NCBI RefSeq assembly: GCF_009914755.1 | Contig: NC_060927.1 | Reading direction: 5' to 3' (one strand) | Source: the human T2T-CHM13v2.0 reference genome, Homo sapiens | Length of the DNA: 64,000 nucleotides | Shown here: piece after piece, positions 54,329-64,000 of the stretch | How positions within the stretch are numbered: the first letter of the stretch is position 1 | How the letters are laid out: the number at the start of each line of letters is the position of its first letter | The notes under the pieces: model-generated | Databases searched by the model: none | What the model was told of the DNA's origin: nothing | The model's input: only the letters and a program-made list of their open reading frames with translations | Program-made: the position numbers and the translations under genes

Positions 54329-55571
54329 AGAGGAGCAGAACTAACTGTATATATAGAGAGGAACTATAAATAGGGGAGTTTATTAAGTATTAACTTGCAT
54401 GATCACAACGTCCCACAATAGGCTGTCTGCAAGCTGAGGAATAAGGAGAGCCAGTCCGAGTTCCAAAACTAAAGAACTTGGAGTCTGATGTTTGAGGGCA
54501 GGAAGCATCCAGCATGGGAGAAAGATGTAGGCTGGGAGGCTAAGACAGTCTCTCTTTTTCACGTTTTTCTGCCTGCTCTATATTCGCTGGCAGCTGATTA
54601 GATTGTGCTCACCAGATTAAGGGTGGATCTGCCTACCCCAGCCCACTGACTCAAATGTTCATGTCTTTTGGCAACAGCCTCACAAACACACCCAGGATCA
54701 ATACTTTGTATTCTTCAATCCAGTTGAGTGGGCACTCAGTACTAAACATCACAGGACGCAAGCATATAGTCTAAAACAGGAGCCTTAGGAGACTCTCGTA
54801 CCTACTAAACATTGACCGAATGCTTCAGTCTACCATTCAATGCTTTTTATAACCCTTTAGCAGTTCACTATGTTCTGCTCATCTCTCTTTCCCTCATTCA
54901 ATGCCTCTCCTGGTGTCATTAACATCCTGGTCTCCAACCACATTCACTGTTATCACAAGATACTTGGTTTTTGTACAGTCCCATGTCTTTGCTCAAGCAG
55001 TTTCTTCTCTCTGGAACACTCTCCCCTGCCATTATATGTTGTTGAAATTTAACATATTCTTAACAATCTCAGCTAAAATCCAAACTGTCTTTGGATCCTC
55101 GACTTATAATGAATTTCCTTTCCTCATGCCCCAACCACAAGCCCCTAGTTTGCATTGCCTCCATAAGACTTACCCCACTCTACTTTGCACCAGCATTACT
55201 GGGCTATATATCAAGAGTTTAGAGATGGCTTGCATGCAGGGCCAATGTCTCATCTATGTCCACACTAGTTCAGTTTCTTGTCACACAGTAGATGTTTTAT
55301 AAATGTTTCCTGAATTCCCAGAATTAATAAATTATGCCACTTAAGGTAACCAGAAACACCAGTGCCCACCTCTATATAGCTAAATTGACCCTGATAAAGT
55401 GTCCTCCACTGAAAAATGAATGCATTGACACAGAGAAGTGACATCATTGTGACAATCACAAAGCAAGTGACAATGTAACATGTACCTGACATCTATTTTT
55501 AAAAATGAAGAAGACTCAGAAATTTGAGGCAGGCACTGGAAATTAAAACTGGCTGTTCAATATTACTAGAA

Positions 55572-55686
55572 TGATCCCACTGTGCCACTGTCATTAGTAC
55601 TAATACCCACTAGTGATCCCACTATACCACTGTCATTAGTACTAATACCACTGTCACTGTGGTGGTATTACCACTGTCATTAGTAC
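55572..55686. repeat. Complex short direct/inverted repeat patchwork
   Basis: ccactgtcattagtac x3, 36-bp unit x2, palindrome attagtactaat x2, inverted piece tggtatta. Confidence 0.85.
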
Positions 55687-56869
55687 CCGGTGACTAATTG
55701 GCACAGCCAGGGAGTAAAAGTTTTTTCACTTCTGTACTTGTTTTTCTTCATTTTGCAGGGTTAATTTGTGTCTAGCTCTCCTAAACTTTTATCTTGCTGG
55801 CTTTCAGGCTTCCAAATTCAAAAAAAATATTGAATTGCTCCTGACATCTAGCTGGCTTGATCTGGAATGCATGCATAATTTAAGCTGATTGAATATTTTG
55901 CCACATTAGAGTGGAAAATATCTATATCCCCAAAGCAGTAAAAGAAACTGACAAGTTCAAATACCACTTGGCATCACCTTCCATGATTTTCACCAGGTAA
56001 CTAAGGCCATCTAGGAGGCTGAAATCAAAGTTTGCCTTTAGCTACGGGATTCACTCCTGAGTACCCAAGGCCGAGAAAGAGAAGACTCTGTCTTTAGCTG
56101 ATGCAAGGTTTCCTTCCTTGGATGCAAGATAAAATAAACACATTCCTTAGATTATTTTGCTTTTTTCTTTTTAAAATATGCTTTTTGAATTGATTTCCAT
56201 TTTAACCAAAGAAAATGAATTTGGAAAGTGCTTTCACTCATAGGATTTACTTAAATTGTAAGTATATAAAAAAAGGACAGTCTTAAAACCCTCAAAATTT
56301 GTTAGAAATGAACAACTAATGAGACAGTCAAGTCACTCAGGGTGATAGACGTCCTTGGCTTCCCCTCCTCACTCCAGCCTCCTGTGACTCTGTGTCACCC
56401 GCATCCCCATATGGCATGGAACGTGCTCCCTCTCCCTTCACGTGGGTCACGTTGTGCACATGGCATGAATCCTGAGAGTATGAAGAGGTGGCGCCTTTCA
56501 GAGTCACAATCATAGCAATGCAACTGTAGAACTGACAGAGTGAAGGAGCCAATCTACCAGAAGTGATGCAGTAAACTAGAAAATGAGGACACAGAGGCAG
56601 ATGAGCCCCCAGCACTGCCTGGAGGAAGAGAGGCAGAGGATGGGAGATACCAGTACTCTGGGTTGTTCCTGTGGTAAGGTAGGGACATTTCCTCAGGCCT
56701 CATTTAGCCAGAGCATAATTCTTAGGGCTCTCAATTTCTTTGTTTTCTTTCCATGCTCATCAATAACAATTCTGATCTTACTTCTGAGATACCTTGATAC
56801 TAGAAAATGAGGGTAGAAGAATGGGTATTCTGGCCCCTGGGAAGAGATAGCTTCAATAAAAAATATGGG

Positions 56870-57360
56870 TCAGCTGTTTTATTCAGCAAATTTGTTGAAC
56901 ACTTACCAAGTGTCATGGACTCGCTAAGGGCTGGGGATTCAGCAGGAAAATAAGACAAAGAGCATCCTTTCATGGAGTGTATATTCTCTAAGAAGGAGAT
57001 GGACAGTAACATATGAACAAGTAAACAAAATTAGTTTAAATAATGATGACCTCTTTAGAAAAAGTTTTATGGGCAGGTTCACAGAAAGTGAGTGGATGGG
57101 GAAGGGTAACTGTAGATGGAGTCTTCTGGAAAGGCTTCCTGGAGATGGTGATATTTGAGTTGAGACCTGAATGACAAGAAGGAGGCAACCATGTGAAGAA
57201 CCAAATTCTAGACAAAAGGATTATCAAGAGCCAAGGCCTAGAGGCAGGAATGAGTGGACAGTCAGGAAGAAAAAGAAGGCCTGTGTGCTTGGACCACAGT
57301 GAGTATACGGGTGAGCAGTATGAGGTGAGGTTGGAGAAATCCAAATCAGAGAGCCTCTAT
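56870..57360 (-). mobile_element. L2 LINE 3' region
   Basis: attcagcaaatttgttgaacacttac..ctggggattcagcag..tttgagttgagacctgaatgacaagaagg. Confidence 0.75.
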
Positions 57361-57539
57361 GGATGCCAAGAAAATAGTTTGGGGACCTGAGAAATGGGGG
57401 ACCAACCAGACCTCGAGATAAATTGGATTAAGATGGATGTTTCCCTTAAGAATTTCCTTCAGTAGCAAGTGCTAGGCAATAATCCTCATTCATCATATCT
57501 CTTCTCCCAAGAAAACCCTTCTGTTCTCTGGACTGCCAT

Positions 57540-57870
57540 GACAATTGTCCTAACACACTCTGTTAGTTAATGCCCAGGAGTTTTGCACATACTGTTCTTT
57601 TGCTCAGAATATCGTTCCTCAGATGTCTGCCTGAAGAAGTCTTAAGTTCACCCTTCCAAATTCAAATAAAATATCTCCTCTCTCCTGTAAATATCCTAAT
57701 CAAAGGATGGTCCTACAGAAGTCTGTGTACCTCTATTATAACATCTTTCAAATTGTGTTGTGTTTGTCTCTCTCTATCCTTAGACTATGAGTCTCACGGA
57801 AGGTAGAATACATTCTTATTCATCTTTGCATCCTCTATGCCTAACAAAGCAGGAGCTCAAGAAATGCTAG
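57540..57870 (+). mobile_element. L2 LINE 3' fragment followed by a (GGAA/GGGA)n tract to ~57928
   Basis: ttagactatgagtctc..cttattcatctttgcatcc..tgcctaaca..gagctcaagaaatg. Confidence 0.6.
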
Positions 57871-58646
57871 GAAGGAAGGAAGGAAGGGAGGGAGGGACGG
57901 AGGGAGAGAGGGAGGGAGAAAGGGAAGGATTCAACTTCAAAATGTATGAGTAGTTCATCTCAAAGATATTTGTAGTTAAAAAAAAAGAGGGAAATAAATG
58001 CATCAGAAAGGATATTTTTGTAACTAAAAAAAGTGATATTCATCTGAGAAATTATTATTCTGCCTTCCTAAGACCACCAAGGAATATAAAATCCCTCCCA
58101 CACTTCTTTACAGAGGTATTTGCATGTGAGTCAGTTCCCGTCAATCCCAAATTACATAGATCTGTACAGTAGCAATTAGGTTTATAAACTGCTGGAGGGG
58201 AAGAGTGACAGCTGTTAAACTGTGGCGGAAACAAAAAACCTCTGCGCAAGGATTAAACTGACTAGTTACAGAGAGACTGACAATCTGCAAGGCACTTCCA
58301 GGAAGCAATCTTTCTGATGCAAATTATCAGAGGATGCAGAAATGAAATAGGAAGCCCATCTAACTATCATGTTTCACTTTTGTGATGAGGGTGGCAACAG
58401 AAGTGGGCAAAGGGCAGAGGACATCTAGCCCAGTCTGCAAGAGTTCTGGGAGTCTAGGCAGATACTGGATGATAGTCATATTGACTATCTCAGCCATCTC
58501 TCAAATTTGGCAGAAAATTTAAAACTATTCAGGAGCTTAAAAAAACAAACAAACAGTAGTGCCTGGACTCCACCCCATGCCACTTAAATAAGAATTTCCA
58601 AAGATGGGGATATAGAACCAAAAGTTTTCACAAGCTCCCCAGGTGA

Positions 58647-58920
<274 letters not shown>

Positions 58921-59729
58921 TTACTCAGCACTATTCATAAAGCCTTTCCACGTAACGTCGACTTATTTAATATGGCCTATAAAGAGAGGTAAAACCGAGG
59001 CTCCCGGATAGGAAGGAAACTCGCCCGAGGCCATGCAGCTAGTGGTAAGATTCAAGAGTGTGCCTGCAGACTTCAGGTTCGTGGTGTATTCAGGAAGGCA
59101 GGCTAGTTCAGGAAACTCCTGGGGACTATGTCTTGCAGACAAATTTGTCTATGGTGATTCTGGTCTCCCTTTTATGCTCTTTCTTCCTGATTAACATTCC
59201 TCTTTTCTCCATAGCTTTCCCTCCTACGTGCCTTGCATTCCTGGGTGCCTATTCTTGCTCCCATTCCTGCTGGGATGATCTATCTGATTGGTGACTAACC
59301 ACTCAGTGGGAATTCATTTTGTGGGCAGCCTTCCTATGGAAAAATGTTCTCTTTAAAAGAACATTGGCAAAGGAGACTAAATGCCAACAATTGGTGAATT
59401 TGGGTAAAGAGTGTATGGGAGTTTCTTGCATTATTGCTGAAACTTTTCTTAATTTTGACGTATCAAAATAAAGAGTTATAAGAGGAAGAAGGAGGAAGAG
59501 GAGAGAGAGGAGGAGGAGAAGGAGAAGGAAGGGAAAGGGGAAAAAATACTGGCAGTATTTAGTGTAGATTAAATAGCCTTGGACAATGAACGCATGGCCT
59601 AAAGCCATGGAGGCCTGAATCTGTTCCAGACTCAACCTCCACCCTGCTATTCTGAGACCCTGGGAAGGCCGCCCTCTATTCTGGATTTGATTGTCCTGGT
59701 GGTAAAATGAGGGGACTAGTGTAGATCAT

Positions 59730-60015
59730 CCTTGTTCTGTGTATTTTTTGCTGCATGAAACCATTCCAAAATTTAGTTGCTTAAAACAGAAATTTCTTAT
59801 TACTTCTCATGGTTCTCTGCACTGATAGGCTCAGCCTGGAGAGTCTCACATGAAGTTCTCTGGAGTTATAGTCAGAGAGAAGCTGGGTTTGGTATCACCT
59901 AGCCAAATGGGGTGGACATCCAAGACAGTTCACTCACACAGCTGGCAGATGATCCTGGCCATTGGCTGGGAGCCCACATGGAATTGCTGACCCAGATTAC
60001 CCATGCTTTAGCTGT
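59730..60015 (-). mobile_element. Old MLT1-type MaLR LTR fragment
   Basis: ccaaaatttagttgcttaaaac..tctcatggttct..tcactcacacagctggcag..ctggccattggctgggag. Confidence 0.6.
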
Positions 60016-60431
60016 CTTACAGACACAACGATGCTTGCCTCAATTAGGACTTTTTTTTTTAAGGATATGAGTCTTTTGTAAACTAGATGTCTACACTCCC
60101 ATGAATGTTGTCATTGCTGTTGTTTATATTATTCTGACCACTGGCAGTTACCACCTTGTTAACTGCTATCTGGTGGGTTGTCTAGATGCTTCTCGTGGCC
60201 ACTCCCCTCTGTTAGAGTCTTTTCCTTTCCGCCCTCCACCCGCAGGGCAGCTGCCTAGAAATCTGAGTGTAGGCAATAAGGGATAACTGCTTAGAAAACA
60301 TTATGTGGCGTTTGCACATATAAAAACTGGTTGTTTTCAAACACCAGTCACTGTCATACGGCTACGTAGGTGTACCACATTCACAAACACATCCTCCCTC
60401 ACGTTCTTTTGCTTAAAAGATGATTGGTGGG

Positions 60432-63740
<3,309 letters not shown>

Positions 63741-64000
63741 TATTGTTTTAATGGGGTTCAGGAATGGAGCAAAAGAATGTGTCCATTTCAACTCATCATT
63801 TTTACCCAGTGTTCCCTAAGGAAGATGTCTTGAATTGGGAAGACTGTGGGCAAGAAGAGAAGGTTTCAGATTGCAATGTTTCTTCTAGCTTGAAGGGATT
63901 GGATTTTGAAAGTAAATGCATATTTCAATTTGCTTTTCCCATTTGTGAACCTTGAAACACGATTCAAGACACCACATTATTATCACTCTCACACCTGTCA

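Larger units (their letters stand above)
52131..54753 (-). mobile_element. MLT2A (HERV-L) solo LTR split by L1PA (pieces 52131-52163 and 54329-54753)
   Basis: tgtattagggttctctagagg..ggggagtttattaagtattaac..actaaacatcaca; TSD ggaca/ggacg. Confidence 0.87.
51788..54778 (-). mobile_element. MLT1A-type MaLR LTR split by MLT2A (pieces 51788-52130 and 54754-54778)
   Basis: accatagactgggtgactt..atttatttctca..ggtgtctggtgagggc..tgaattttgaagggaca | ggacgcaagcatatagtctaaaaca. Confidence 0.78.

Noticed and set aside
55572-55686. CRISPR-like repeat-spacer array
   Set aside because: Eukaryotic context, irregular spacing, intervening segments derive from the repeat itself, and no cas genes.

Overview
Primate (human/great-ape-like) non-coding genomic DNA made almost entirely of interspersed repeats; I find no host protein-coding exon, RNA gene or CpG island. 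The main structure is a nested ERV cluster (~3.8-17.6 kb). One ancient MIR is split by two separate MER50/LTR8-like solo LTRs (one carrying a MER41B LTR) and by a 5'-truncated MER4 provirus. That provirus in turn carries a complete 5.7-kb HERV-H/LTR7 provirus on the minus strand (tRNA-His PBS, GAGTG TSD), an AluSc and a 71-bp mitochondrial ATP6/COX3 micro-NUMT. Further along are a THE1A element with a fold-back deletion junction, an internally deleted L1PB-type element inside an older L1, a 3'-truncated 'ORF1-only' L1PA with a TSD nested in MLT2/MLT1, many Alus, and MIR/L2/MER fragments. Family names come from my recall of consensus sequences, not from a database search. No novel coding system is evident; the interesting signals are transposition/DNA-repair scars and candidate regulatory elements.
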